Notes: generated by a model not told the origin, from the letters alone. 31,500 nucleotides of DNA from Candidatus Baldrarchaeum yapensis (GCA_016840465.1 JAEOSH010000018.1:1-31500), one strand, 5' to 3'. Shown: positions 18,835-27,297, numbered from the stretch's first letter. Program-made: numbers and translations.

Positions 18835-19543
18835 AAAACTGTCAGAGGCGAAATCCCGATTGTCCCCTGTGCTGGATAAAAACAGCAGGCAAAAGCTATC
18901 GTTATCAATGTTGCTTGATGTATTATCCGTGGCTACGAGAGTTGTCGATCCTGAAAACGTCATAGTTGTTTCATCAGACATTCAAATCTCTGAATTTCTG
19001 AAAAAAATGAATGTTTCTTTCTTTCACGAGAAAGGCCACGGATTGAATAATGCTATTGAAGAAGCCACGCGCGCACTTGGTTCTTCCACAGAAGCGGTCT
19101 TAGTGCTGCCATCTGATATTCCATTCATGAAATTGACCGATTTATTGGAAATTTTAAACTTGGGGGATAATGATTGTGGCAGGAGAGTTGTAATAAGTCC
19201 CAGTAAAAATGGGGGCACGAACGCTCTTCTGAGGCAACCCCCCGATGTTATACCTTCCATATTTGGGAAGCTGAGTTTCATAAAACATGTAAGAACGGCT
19301 AGAACTCTTAAGGTTCCTGTTTTCATCTACGATTCTCGAACAATAAGTTTCGATATCGACACCATTGAAGACCTCATTGTTGCGATGAAAAACGTCGATC
19401 TTCTCGGTTATCATACCAGGAGGTTCATAAAATCACTAAAGAACCGAATTGATCTTGATAGAGTCAAATTGGGAGAGGGATCCTCCTCTTCCTTCGGCCT
19501 CATCCCCTCTGGTGATGATACTTTTCGTTCTTCGATTATTTAA
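18809..19543 (+). CDS. cofC: 2-phospho-L-lactate guanylyltransferase
   Basis: 244 aa; ILIPVKKLSEAKSRLSPVLDKNSRQKLSLSMLLDVL...VLVLPSDIPF. Confidence 0.9.
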   Translation: MCYILIPVKKLSEAKSRLSPVLDKNSRQKLSLSMLLDVLSVATRVVDPENVIVVSSDIQISEFLKKMNVSFFHEKGHGLNNAIEEATRALGSSTEAVLVLPSDIPFMKLTDLLEILNLGDNDCGRRVVISPSKNGGTNALLRQPPDVIPSIFGKLSFIKHVRTARTLKVPVFIYDSRTISFDIDTIEDLIVAMKNVDLLGYHTRRFIKSLKNRIDLDRVKLGEGSSSSFGLIPSGDDTFRSSII

Positions 19544-19614
19544 CAGTTCCGCTCCACTGTTGTAACATCCTCTATAACCATCGAATACGATAATCGAACT
19601 CTCTCAGAGAGGCG

Positions 19615-19845
19615 TTAAGCTTCCTCTATATCGACCGCTATCGCGAAATCCGGACAATACAACTCACATAGCCGACATCCTATGCATCTATCCAGACGGG
19701 CGGGGACCGGCGGAAAACATCCCCGCTTGCTCCTCTTATTTGACCTGACAAAAACGCCCCTTGGACAAAACTCCACGCACAGATAACAACACTTACATAG
19801 ATTTTCGTCAATATAGATTCCATTAACCTTAACCCGCCTTTTCAT
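19615..19845 (-). CDS. 2[4Fe-4S] ferredoxin-type protein (2-oxoacid oxidoreductase delta-like)
   Basis: 76 aa; CKCCYLCVEFCPRGVF and CIGCRLCELYCPDFAI, two CxxCxxCxxxCP motifs. Confidence 0.88.
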   Translation of the reverse strand: MKRRVKVNGIYIDENLCKCCYLCVEFCPRGVFVRSNKRSKRGCFPPVPARLDRCIGCRLCELYCPDFAIAVDIEEA

Positions 19846-19871
19846 CGCAATCCCTCATAATTACTCTCCGA

Positions 19872-21038
19872 GTGACGCTTATGAGAATTGTGGAAGTACA
19901 AGACCAAAACCCGGTCGAAATGCTTGATGAGCGGGATGTTGATATTTGGAGGTACTGTCCTCACAGGTTAGCCGTGAAAATATACCTAGGCTGTCCGTAT
20001 AGGTGTTTGCACTGTCCCGGGAGATTGAAAAGAAGAGATTACGACAAAAGAATATTGGCCGTGATAAATGCTCCCATAGTCTTAGAGCACAGATTAATGA
20101 GCGCAAAGAGCCATATGCAACCCGCAAACCTGGGCTTCTTTTCGGATCCTTATCAATTAGCAGAGGAAGAGATTGAGCTTACTCGATGCGTTCTGGAGAT
20201 TTTCAGGAAATATGAACAACCATCGTTCATAATCACGAAATCTAAACTGATTCTCAGGGATCTGGAAATTATATCCGATCTTGCGTCCAAAAAACTCATT
20301 GCAGTGGTGGTACCGTCATCTACAATTGACAAGAATCTTAGAAGGTTTATTGAAGGACGCTCACCGCCCTTTGATGAAATTATAGAATTCATGCACCAGT
20401 TACATGAAGAAAAAATACCGCTCGTGGCTCGCATCGCACCAATCTATCCATTTTTAACCGATGATGATAATTCTCTCCGAGAAATGATCCAGGCATTTGC
20501 GGACGCCGGAGCATCCCACATAACAGCAGGGTTCCTGAAGGTATCTAAGAGGTTCTGGAGGTTTCTGGAGGAGGTATTCTCGCGAAGATTTCCAGATTTG
20601 ATACCAAAGTACAGATCACTGTACTTTAGAAGGGGCGTAAGGTCACTTTCCGGACTCAGGCTTGCTGATAGCAAATATAGATACAGAAAGTTGTCTATGC
20701 TGGCCCAGTTCTGCAAGCAAAATAAGTTGACATTTGGCACATGTAAGGAGGGTTTCTTCGCGCTTCACACGAACATTTGTAGCGGAATAAGACTGAGGGC
20801 AAGATACTATCCGTGCCTATACGACTACTGGAACCTGATTGTAAAAAGAGGAGCGGTGAGCGTCGATGAGGCTATACATATAGCACGCGCGTACAGAGTT
20901 TCGGGGAGATATAAGTGGACTCTAAGGAGGCTATGGCAGGAGGGGACTTTCTTTAAGGAGGTAAACGACATTACCGCAAAAGAGCACATCGAGAAGGGCA
21001 TTCTTTATGAGGTGGTGAGTGCGGATGGTAAGGATTAG
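19872..21038 (+). CDS. Radical SAM protein (SplB-like / COG1533 type)
   Basis: 388 aa; CPYRCLHC gives CxxxCxxC after VKIYLG; TKSKLILRDLEIISDLA and PLVARIAPIYPFL typical of the family. Confidence 0.82.
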   Translation: MTLMRIVEVQDQNPVEMLDERDVDIWRYCPHRLAVKIYLGCPYRCLHCPGRLKRRDYDKRILAVINAPIVLEHRLMSAKSHMQPANLGFFSDPYQLAEEEIELTRCVLEIFRKYEQPSFIITKSKLILRDLEIISDLASKKLIAVVVPSSTIDKNLRRFIEGRSPPFDEIIEFMHQLHEEKIPLVARIAPIYPFLTDDDNSLREMIQAFADAGASHITAGFLKVSKRFWRFLEEVFSRRFPDLIPKYRSLYFRRGVRSLSGLRLADSKYRYRKLSMLAQFCKQNKLTFGTCKEGFFALHTNICSGIRLRARYYPCLYDYWNLIVKRGAVSVDEAIHIARAYRVSGRYKWTLRRLWQEGTFFKEVNDITAKEHIEKGILYEVVSADGKD

Positions 21039-21483
21039 GAGGGCGACTGCTGAGGACCTCGATACAATAATTAACCTATGGTTAGCTCTAGCCAGTTACC
21101 ACGAAAAACTTGACTCTGCGTATAAGCTAAGTTCGAGGGCTACTTCTTTTTATAGAACGTTGGCTTCGGATTTGCTCATGAGGGGATTGGTGCTTGTCGC
21201 GGAGGAGGACCGGAGGATTGTGGGGTTTCTTACTGCTGAAATTTTTTACAATCCCACCTTTGTTCCCTCACTTCAGGGAAGAATTCTGGACATTTACGTT
21301 GAGGAAAATTATAGGAGACGTGGGATCGGTTCCCAGTTAGTGAAGGAAGCCCTGAAATGGTTTCAGGCAAATGGTGTGCAATGCGTGCTGGTGAACGTTG
21401 CTGAGCAGAACAAGGTTGCGTTGAACTTCTGGAGCAAGATGAGATTTCGCGTATTATCTCGCAAGATGATCTTGAATTTGTGA
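21019..21483 (+). CDS. GNAT family N-acetyltransferase
   Basis: 154 aa; ILDIYVEENYRRRGIGSQLVKEALKWF acetyl-CoA motif, NVAEQNKVALNFWSKMRFR. Confidence 0.88.
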   Translation: MRMVRIRRATAEDLDTIINLWLALASYHEKLDSAYKLSSRATSFYRTLASDLLMRGLVLVAEEDRRIVGFLTAEIFYNPTFVPSLQGRILDIYVEENYRRRGIGSQLVKEALKWFQANGVQCVLVNVAEQNKVALNFWSKMRFRVLSRKMILNL

Positions 21484-21554
21484 GTCATAATAGAGGAATA
21501 TTCCGCAATTTGCATTCATAGCGTCAATTTCATCGGGAAAAGAGGGTTCTCTTC

Positions 21555-21586
21555 TTGTAATACATTTGTAATACTGCGGTTTACAA
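21555..21586. promoter_or_regulatory. Iterated operator or dif-like element upstream of xerA
   Basis: TTGTAATAC (21555-21563), TTGTAATAC (21566-21574), then inverted TTGTAAAC (21579-21586 as GTTTACAA); repeat start spacing 11 bp. Confidence 0.4.
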
Positions 21587-21619
21587 GTTGTTGCGCAAAA
21601 CCTGGATTTTGCGAGAAGG

Positions 21620-22492
21620 GTGAGGCTCATGGAGCAACCATCCATACCATCGGAGTACCGCACGATACTTGAGGACTTCAAGTCGTATTTGGAACTTTTA
21701 GGCAGGACGCCATTGACGATAAAGGAATATCTCATAGATGTGAGGTTGTTTCTGAGCACGCTTAATGGAAAGGGATTACATGAGGTTACGAAGAGAGATA
21801 TCATGTCGTTCCTGTTATACTTGAAGCAGAAAAGAGGAGATAATAATGTCACAATTGCAAGAAAGTTGAGTTCGATAAGGACGTTCTTCAACTTTCTCGT
21901 CGAGAGCGGGTTCCTTGACAGCAACCCGGCAGCGGATGTGAAAAGACCGAAACTCGAGAAGAAGTTACCCGTCGTCCTGACGCCTGATGAGGTCAGGAGA
22001 TTAATAGACGCTGCTGACAATCCGCGTGACAAATTGATCATAAGGATGTTGTACGTTACGGGGTTAAGAGTAAGTGAGCTCGTAAATTTGCGTGTTGAGG
22101 ACATCGACTTTGAAGAGTGTGTCATTATGGTTCGGATGGGTAAGGGGAAAAAGGATCGTGTCGTTTTCATGGACAAGCAGACTGCAAGGATTCTTAAGGA
22201 GTACTTAAGAGAGAATGGGATCGAACGTGGGAGGGTATTTCCAATTTCGGTAAGAACCGTTCAGAGGATGATTCAAAGGGCGCGCATTAAAGCGGGTATT
22301 CAGAAAAAGGTAACACCACATGTTTTGAGGCACAGTTTTGCCACGCATATGTTGGAGCTGGGGGCAAACTTACGTACGATACAAGAATTGCTGGGGCATG
22401 AACAATTGAATACGACACAGATATACACTCATGTTTCGATGCGGCAGGCAAAGATGGAGTACGAGAAGTTTGAGAAAAATTTAAAGATATGA
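21620..22492 (+). CDS. xerA: Tyrosine recombinase XerA/XerC-D family
   Basis: SAM-like N-domain plus catalytic motifs: TGLRVSELVNL (R), HVLRHSFATHMLE (HxxR), LGHEQLNTTQIYTHV (H..Y). Confidence 0.93.
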   Translation: MRLMEQPSIPSEYRTILEDFKSYLELLGRTPLTIKEYLIDVRLFLSTLNGKGLHEVTKRDIMSFLLYLKQKRGDNNVTIARKLSSIRTFFNFLVESGFLDSNPAADVKRPKLEKKLPVVLTPDEVRRLIDAADNPRDKLIIRMLYVTGLRVSELVNLRVEDIDFEECVIMVRMGKGKKDRVVFMDKQTARILKEYLRENGIERGRVFPISVRTVQRMIQRARIKAGIQKKVTPHVLRHSFATHMLELGANLRTIQELLGHEQLNTTQIYTHVSMRQAKMEYEKFEKNLKI

Positions 22493-22520
22493 GAATGTGC
22501 GGTTCCTTTTTGTCGCTCCA

Positions 22521-23681
22521 TTACATTCTTCTGAGGACGCATCTGTGCGCGACTTGTGGTCCGGTCTCTTGATATTCCTTCTTTGTGATCCACATCTTCT
22601 GGAATGTTTTGAGACTCGCGAGGATGGATCCACCGACCCATACCGAGAACTGTCTTTCTGGAGGAGCTATTACTTTCACTTCCACATCGTATCCCCTGTT
22701 CTTCAAGGCCTGAGTCAACTCCTTTTGCAGTCTCTCCTTCATTCCTGGGAACATCGTGTTCCCGCCACTAAGAATTACGTTTGACAGAAGTTCCTTTCTA
22801 ATGGTTGTGTCACATGCCAGCACGCTTTCTATTATTACCTCATGGAGTGGCGGAAGTTCTTTTCCGATGCGCATCGGATCAAACATCACCTCAGGAGCTA
22901 GGAACCTTTCGGATCCTAGAACTACTTCACTACCGTCAGGCATCTTATATTTCTTCTCCACAGCCTCACGGAATTTCTCTGCATGTTTCATCTCCTTTTC
23001 GAGATCTAGAGCGACGTAGCATAACTTCTCCTTAATGTCCCGCACAAGTTCCTTTTCCGCGCTGCTGATGAAGGAGTAACCTCTTTCCATAAGAAGAGTT
23101 CTCAAATATTCGGTGACATCACGGCCACCAAGATCAAGCCTTTGGACTGCTGGTTCTATGGCGTATCCCTCGTAAATGGGGACCACATGCGTGACACCAT
23201 CTCCTGAGTCGACCACGACACCAGTAGTTCTTCCAGACGCATAAAGTGATAGGATTGCCTGAACAGAAATCCAGAGCGCAGGCACATTGAACGTTTCAAA
23301 CATTATTTCAGCAAGCTTTTCTCTGTTTTTATCCGGGTTGAGCGGAGCCTCCGTTAATAGGACGGGGTGTTCTGATGGGTTAACACGTAATTCATTGTAG
23401 AAAGTGTAATGCCATATTTTCTCCATAGCGTCCCAGTCCTTTATAACACCGTGTTCTATCGGGTACACTAGGCGTAGAACGCCCTTATAGGCCATTGCCT
23501 CCTGTCCGATGTAATATTCACGCTCATAGTGTTCAACATCAGTCATAACGCTACGATACTTAGGGTATCCTATTACCGTTGGAAAGACGCTACGGGGTCT
23601 ATCTTCCCCGGCGAAACCGTTCTTTGAAAAACCAGTCCCGTTATCTATAACTATTGGCTTATAGGGGGGTAATTCTTCCAT
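22521..23681 (-). CDS. Eukaryote-like actin (Asgard/Lokiactin-type)
   Basis: 386 aa from ATG 23681 (track extension to 23759 is 5' extra); Shine-Dalgarno-like G-rich run GGGGGG upstream. Contains [151 protein letters not shown]. Confidence 0.96.
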   Translation of the reverse strand: MEELPPYKPIVIDNGTGFSKNGFAGEDRPRSVFPTVIGYPKYRSVMTDVEHYEREYYIGQEAMAYKGVLRLVYPIEHGVIKDWDAMEKIWHYTFYNELRVNPSEHPVLLTEAPLNPDKNREKLAEIMFETFNVPALWISVQAILSLYASGRTTGVVVDSGDGVTHVVPIYEGYAIEPAVQRLDLGGRDVTEYLRTLLMERGYSFISSAEKELVRDIKEKLCYVALDLEKEMKHAEKFREAVEKKYKMPDGSEVVLGSERFLAPEVMFDPMRIGKELPPLHEVIIESVLACDTTIRKELLSNVILSGGNTMFPGMKERLQKELTQALKNRGYDVEVKVIAPPERQFSVWVGGSILASLKTFQKMWITKKEYQETGPQVAHRCVLRRM

Positions 23682-23744
23682 AAATGACCCCCCGAAGATC
23701 ATTTTTTTGGACAATTTCATCCATAAATGTACGTGCGTTGAACT

Positions 23745-23757
23745 AATAAAATTTAAC
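23745..23757 (-). promoter_or_regulatory. TATA-like element for the actin gene
   Basis: TTAAATTTTATT on the minus strand, roughly 60-70 nt upstream of ATG 23681 in the 167-bp divergent intergenic region. Confidence 0.35.
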
Positions 23758-23848
23758 ATGACTTATTTGCATTGTTGATATAGCCTATAGATATCAGATA
23801 GGTGAGTTTACAAGTCCATTCAAACAATAAGAAATTGTTGCACTGGGG

Positions 23849-24547
23849 ATGTGGTGGTTTTTGAGAGCCCGTGCAAAACTTGTCGAAATAGAACGAATGG
23901 TAGGGGACGTAGAGTCCAGAAAAATCATACTTAGGGCTTTATTAGATGGTCCTAAAAGTGGAGTCGAACTTCGTCTTGCGCTTGCACGTGCATTTAATAA
24001 GTCGGTTGATGAAATCTCGGATGCGATGGTGTATTTCAACCTCCAAGTTCTTGAGAAGGCGGGAATCATAAAGAGGTGGAGGGGACACGAGGACTGGAAG
24101 GTGAAGTATGCGGAAATAGTTCCGGAGAAAATACAACAGATAAGGAGGTTTTTCGGAATAAAAGTTCCGGTCATGTGTTTTGCGGGGCTCTCTGATCCTC
24201 TCTATATTCGTTATCTACGGAAAATATTTAGAGAGCATATGGACGTGGCGTTAGAGTGTTATAAGTTCTTCGCGCCCGCGGGGATGAGGGGGCGTATTGT
24301 GGGAATACCTGAGGGTGTCGAAGTGTACTACTTTGATGAAAACCTTACATTTGAGGAGTTGTATGAAAGAATTCGGGGATTGACCGAGAAGTTCATCAGA
24401 GAGTACGAGATAATGTTTGATTTGAGTGAAGGGCCACGGGAGTTGGCAATTATATTTTGCCGCCTAGCGTTGGAGTTTGACTTAAAAGCGTTTTATGTCG
24501 AGAAATTGGATGAAGAAAGTGGGAGGATTATTTGGATAATCGAATGA
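23849..24547 (+). CDS. HTH transcriptional regulator with a C-terminal CARF-like (Rossmann) domain
   Basis: 232 aa; N-terminal ArsR-like wHTH (RKIILRALLDGPKSGVELRLALARAF...DAMVYFNLQVLEKAGIIKRW). C-terminal FAGLSDPLY...MFDLSEGPRELAIIFCRLALEFDLKAFYV resembles the CARF DxTxGxR/K segment. Confidence 0.6.
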   Translation: MWWFLRARAKLVEIERMVGDVESRKIILRALLDGPKSGVELRLALARAFNKSVDEISDAMVYFNLQVLEKAGIIKRWRGHEDWKVKYAEIVPEKIQQIRRFFGIKVPVMCFAGLSDPLYIRYLRKIFREHMDVALECYKFFAPAGMRGRIVGIPEGVEVYYFDENLTFEELYERIRGLTEKFIREYEIMFDLSEGPRELAIIFCRLALEFDLKAFYVEKLDEESGRIIWIIE

Positions 24548-24626
24548 GCCTCAGCGTCTAGCCTGTATGTCATCTACCCGGGAGAGTTGTGTCCCGGGCA
24601 TTTCACCCGAATTTTTCATCATCGGC
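24548..24626 (-). ncRNA. Candidate C/D-box sRNA filling the interval downstream of the aminotransferase gene
   Basis: Minus-strand C box ATGATGA (24616-24622), D box CTGA (24551-24554), flanking GGCC/GGCT terminal stem, C'-like AGATGA, and an internal hairpin CCCGGGA-8nt-TCCCGGG (24577-24598). Confidence 0.45.
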
Positions 24627-24646
24627 CTATATTTGGTTCTTTTCAG

Positions 24647-25858
24647 TCATAATTTTGATATCTTTTTCTCAATAAATGCTTCTATTTTGCTCAATGCTTC
24701 CTTAAGAATCTCTATCGGTGGTAGAAAGACAATCCTGAAATGATCTTTTCCATATATGGGATCAAAGCCTGATCCAAATACCACAAGCACGCCTGCCTCC
24801 TCAAGTAATTCAAATACGAAATCCTTATCACTTCTCCAAATTCCTTTGACTTCTATCTTTGGGAAAGCATAGAACGCTCCTTTTGGCTTCACACATGACA
24901 ATCCATCGATTTCATTGAGGCGCCTCCACACGAAGTCTCTTCGTTCTCTGAGTTTTCTGACCATTTCGGCTATATGGTCCTGCGGTCCTCTTAACGCCTG
25001 TACTGCCGCCATCTGCACTATCGAGTTTGCACATATACGAACTCTTGCCTCCTTTGTTATCGCTTCCTTTAGCCTCTCCAGCCTTCCCTCGGGATCATAA
25101 AAGTAGATATACCCCAATCTCCATCCTGGAACTAGATATACTTTAGAGAAGCCGTTTAAACCGATTATTGGCACGTCTTTTGCGACAGATGCAGCACTTA
25201 CATGCTTTCCGTCGAAAATGATCCTGTCATATATTTCGTCAGACACCACTATGATGTCGTGTTCAGCCGCCAGATCCAATATTTCTCTTAGAATCTTTTG
25301 ATCGTAAACAGCGCCAGTGGGGTTATTTGGATTTATTATAACTATCATCACCGTGCGCTCCGTTATTTTCTTCTCAATATCGCTCACATCGGGTTGCCAT
25401 TCATTATCTTCATCGCAGTGATAGGTTACGGGGATCCCGCCGAAGTATTTTACTAATGATATGTACGGGGGATATGTGGGGCCCGGAACAAGAACCTCAT
25501 CTCCGGGTTCTACCACGGCCCCCATGAGCATGAATATTGCCTCGGAAATTCCGGAGGTTACGATTACATCGTCCGGTTCTATTTTCACTCCGTTAACCTT
25601 CCTCTCTTTTTCTGCTATTGCCTCTCTTAGGTCTGGTATGCCGAGAGAGTCCGTATATCCGTTATAACCCTCAATTGCCGCTTTATACAGGGCGTCAATC
25701 ATATGGCGTGGTGGCTGGAAGTCAAACTTGCACGGATCCCCTATATTCAAATAAATTATTTTCTTTCCTCGTCGTTCCAGGTCTTTTGCCTTGACCACGA
25801 CGTCCCTAATTGCATATTCTATTCCTAGCGCGCGAGGTGCCACCTTCACCATTCTCAT
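24647..25858 (-). CDS. PLP-dependent class I/II aminotransferase (alanine/aspartate type)
   Basis: 403 aa; NPNNPTGAVYD, SDEIYD, GLNGFSKVYLVPGWRLGY PLP-lysine motif. Confidence 0.93.
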   Translation of the reverse strand: MRMVKVAPRALGIEYAIRDVVVKAKDLERRGKKIIYLNIGDPCKFDFQPPRHMIDALYKAAIEGYNGYTDSLGIPDLREAIAEKERKVNGVKIEPDDVIVTSGISEAIFMLMGAVVEPGDEVLVPGPTYPPYISLVKYFGGIPVTYHCDEDNEWQPDVSDIEKKITERTVMIVIINPNNPTGAVYDQKILREILDLAAEHDIIVVSDEIYDRIIFDGKHVSAASVAKDVPIIGLNGFSKVYLVPGWRLGYIYFYDPEGRLERLKEAITKEARVRICANSIVQMAAVQALRGPQDHIAEMVRKLRERRDFVWRRLNEIDGLSCVKPKGAFYAFPKIEVKGIWRSDKDFVFELLEEAGVLVVFGSGFDPIYGKDHFRIVFLPPIEILKEALSKIEAFIEKKISKL

Positions 25859-25952
25859 CTACCTTAAGGGTCTGATTTCAAATACATCTTGTGCCAACTT
25901 ATTAAAGTGATATCACCCCAGTGGTCCCCAGAATGAGACATGGTAGATTGAT

Positions 25953-26510
25953 ATGCCATTGATAATATCGATGCGCCCCAAGTTCGCACGGCTGATATTC
26001 TCGGGAGAGAAGAAGTTCGAGTTGCGGCGAAAATTCGCTAGGGTCCCAAGCGGAACGCGGGCCATAATTTATGCTTCGGAGAACGTTAGGGCGTTTGTTG
26101 GCGAGTTTAAAGTAGGGAGGATTTTCAGGCTACGTATAGATGATTTGTGGGAGTTCGTGGGGCCATATGCAAAGGTTTCGTTCAAGGAATTTCTTCGATA
26201 TTTTAAGAGGTGTACGAAGGGTGTCGCAATAGAGATACGCGATCCATTTGAGTATCCGAAGGCCATCCCGCTGGATGCTGTTAGGCTCGAAATTAGAGAT
26301 AATATGTGGGCCCCACCAGTGGATTACGAGGTTCTTCCGGACAATCATCCCATAATTGTCGCGATAGACAATTACCTCTCAGTCATAATGCAGGACAAAA
26401 GCAGTGAGGGGCGGAATAACAGAAGACTGGTAGCGCGGCCTCATCGTCAGCTTGTGGGGGAGAGGGGAGGAGGGCGAGGGAAGAGGAGGGATCCCGCCAG
26501 AACCAGATAA
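25953..26510 (+). CDS. ASCH/PUA-like domain protein with a basic Gly/Arg-rich tail
   Basis: MPLIISMRPKFARLIFSGEKKFELRRKFARVPSGTRAIIYAS ASCH pattern. Tail after ~26400 overlaps the candidate RNA on the other strand. Confidence 0.75.
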   Translation: MPLIISMRPKFARLIFSGEKKFELRRKFARVPSGTRAIIYASENVRAFVGEFKVGRIFRLRIDDLWEFVGPYAKVSFKEFLRYFKRCTKGVAIEIRDPFEYPKAIPLDAVRLEIRDNMWAPPVDYEVLPDNHPIIVAIDNYLSVIMQDKSSEGRNNRRLVARPHRQLVGERGGGRGKRRDPARTR

Positions 26511-26539
26511 CACAACCTTTGCCAAGCTGACTCGGCCGC
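26435..26539 (-). ncRNA. Candidate structured kink-turn RNA (about 105 nt)
   Basis: Minus strand: GCGGCC-GA-GTCAGCTTG ... CAAGCTGAC-GAT-GA-GGCCGC, a 6-bp stem, consensus k-turn (3-nt bulge plus tandem GA/GA) and 9-bp stem; inner GGCGGGA...TCCCTCGCC pairing possible; TATA-like TTTAAATA about 25 bp upstream. Confidence 0.5.
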
Positions 26540-26561
26540 ATGATAAACTTGTCTCTCGACG

Positions 26562-26569
26562 TATTTAAA
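26562..26569 (-). promoter_or_regulatory. TATA-like box for the candidate k-turn RNA
   Basis: TTTAAATA on the minus strand, centred ~26 bp upstream of the first paired base at 26539. Confidence 0.45.
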
Positions 26570-26703
26570 CATTTCTAAGATGACACTTCCATAATGGCGT
26601 GTTCCTCGAAATTTTCGATTGTTACTACAAACTATGACAACAAGGATAGTAATACTGCAATAAAACAAAAAGTACGGTTTGTTATAAAATACCATATTAC
26701 CGG

Positions 26704-27288
26704 TTATTTCCGTATTTTTTCGCCTTCGTTTTCGCTTAGAATTGCGCCACATTGTGAACATATTATGGGATTCGAGCGATAAACTGCTCCACATAGCGGA
26801 CATTTGATAGTTTTGAAAGCAATAATTGGTGTTTTTCGCTCCTCCTTCCCTCTTTGTGTTATTTTCCTTACAAGGTAGCACGTAACCGCGGGAAATGAGA
26901 GAATTATCCCCTTAACTGAGAGATTCACCACCATCAAAAAGACAAATATTAATTTTTCTAATGATGACAAACTCTCCCACGTGGTGGAGTAGTGATGGAG
27001 CAGATACAGAATTAGGAAGGCTACGAAAAACATTGAAAGCACTACCACGGGCGTAACATTAAAGTTTTGTTTTCTGAAGGCCGCGGTCAGAGCGCATCCA
27101 ATTGTAAACACGATTATTAGAAATTGAGGATCTTTAAGGAAAACAAATGCCCATGATATCTTGAATAGGATCGATTTTACTCCATTACTCACTTGGAATG
27201 GCGTTTGAATGGACTTGTAGTCGTACATCTGTGCGATGCAGAAAAATAGTAGCGATATCACAATAAATGCAAACGCTAGGGTTTTCAT
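26704..27288 (-). CDS. Multi-pass membrane protein with a C-terminal zinc ribbon
   Basis: 194 aa; several hydrophobic segments then IKCPLCGAVYRSNPIICSQCGAILSENEG. Confidence 0.7.
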   Translation of the reverse strand: MKTLAFAFIVISLLFFCIAQMYDYKSIQTPFQVSNGVKSILFKISWAFVFLKDPQFLIIVFTIGCALTAAFRKQNFNVTPVVVLSMFFVAFLILYLLHHYSTTWESLSSLEKLIFVFLMVVNLSVKGIILSFPAVTCYLVRKITQRGKEERKTPIIAFKTIKCPLCGAVYRSNPIICSQCGAILSENEGEKIRK

Positions 27289-27297
27289 GGCGACTAC

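Noticed and set aside
21454-22176. 240-aa ORF on the minus strand
   Set aside because: Antisense to xerA, which has complete catalytic motifs; the ORF has low-complexity Ser/Leu-rich shadow sequence.
21620-22492. XerA as integrase of a mobile element that delivered the actin gene
   Set aside because: The recombinase looks like a housekeeping archaeal XerA, and no att repeats, tRNA target or viral/plasmid genes flank it.
26435-26539. tRNA interpretation of the structured RNA (the start GCGGCCGAG..GGCAAAGG and GCTACCA nearby look faintly tRNA-like)
   Set aside because: No T-loop TTCRA motif, no anticodon arm, and the long continuous helix is incompatible with a cloverleaf.
26447-26881. 144-aa ORF on the minus strand
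   Set aside because: Overlaps the zinc-ribbon membrane protein and the candidate k-turn RNA; composition is not protein-like.
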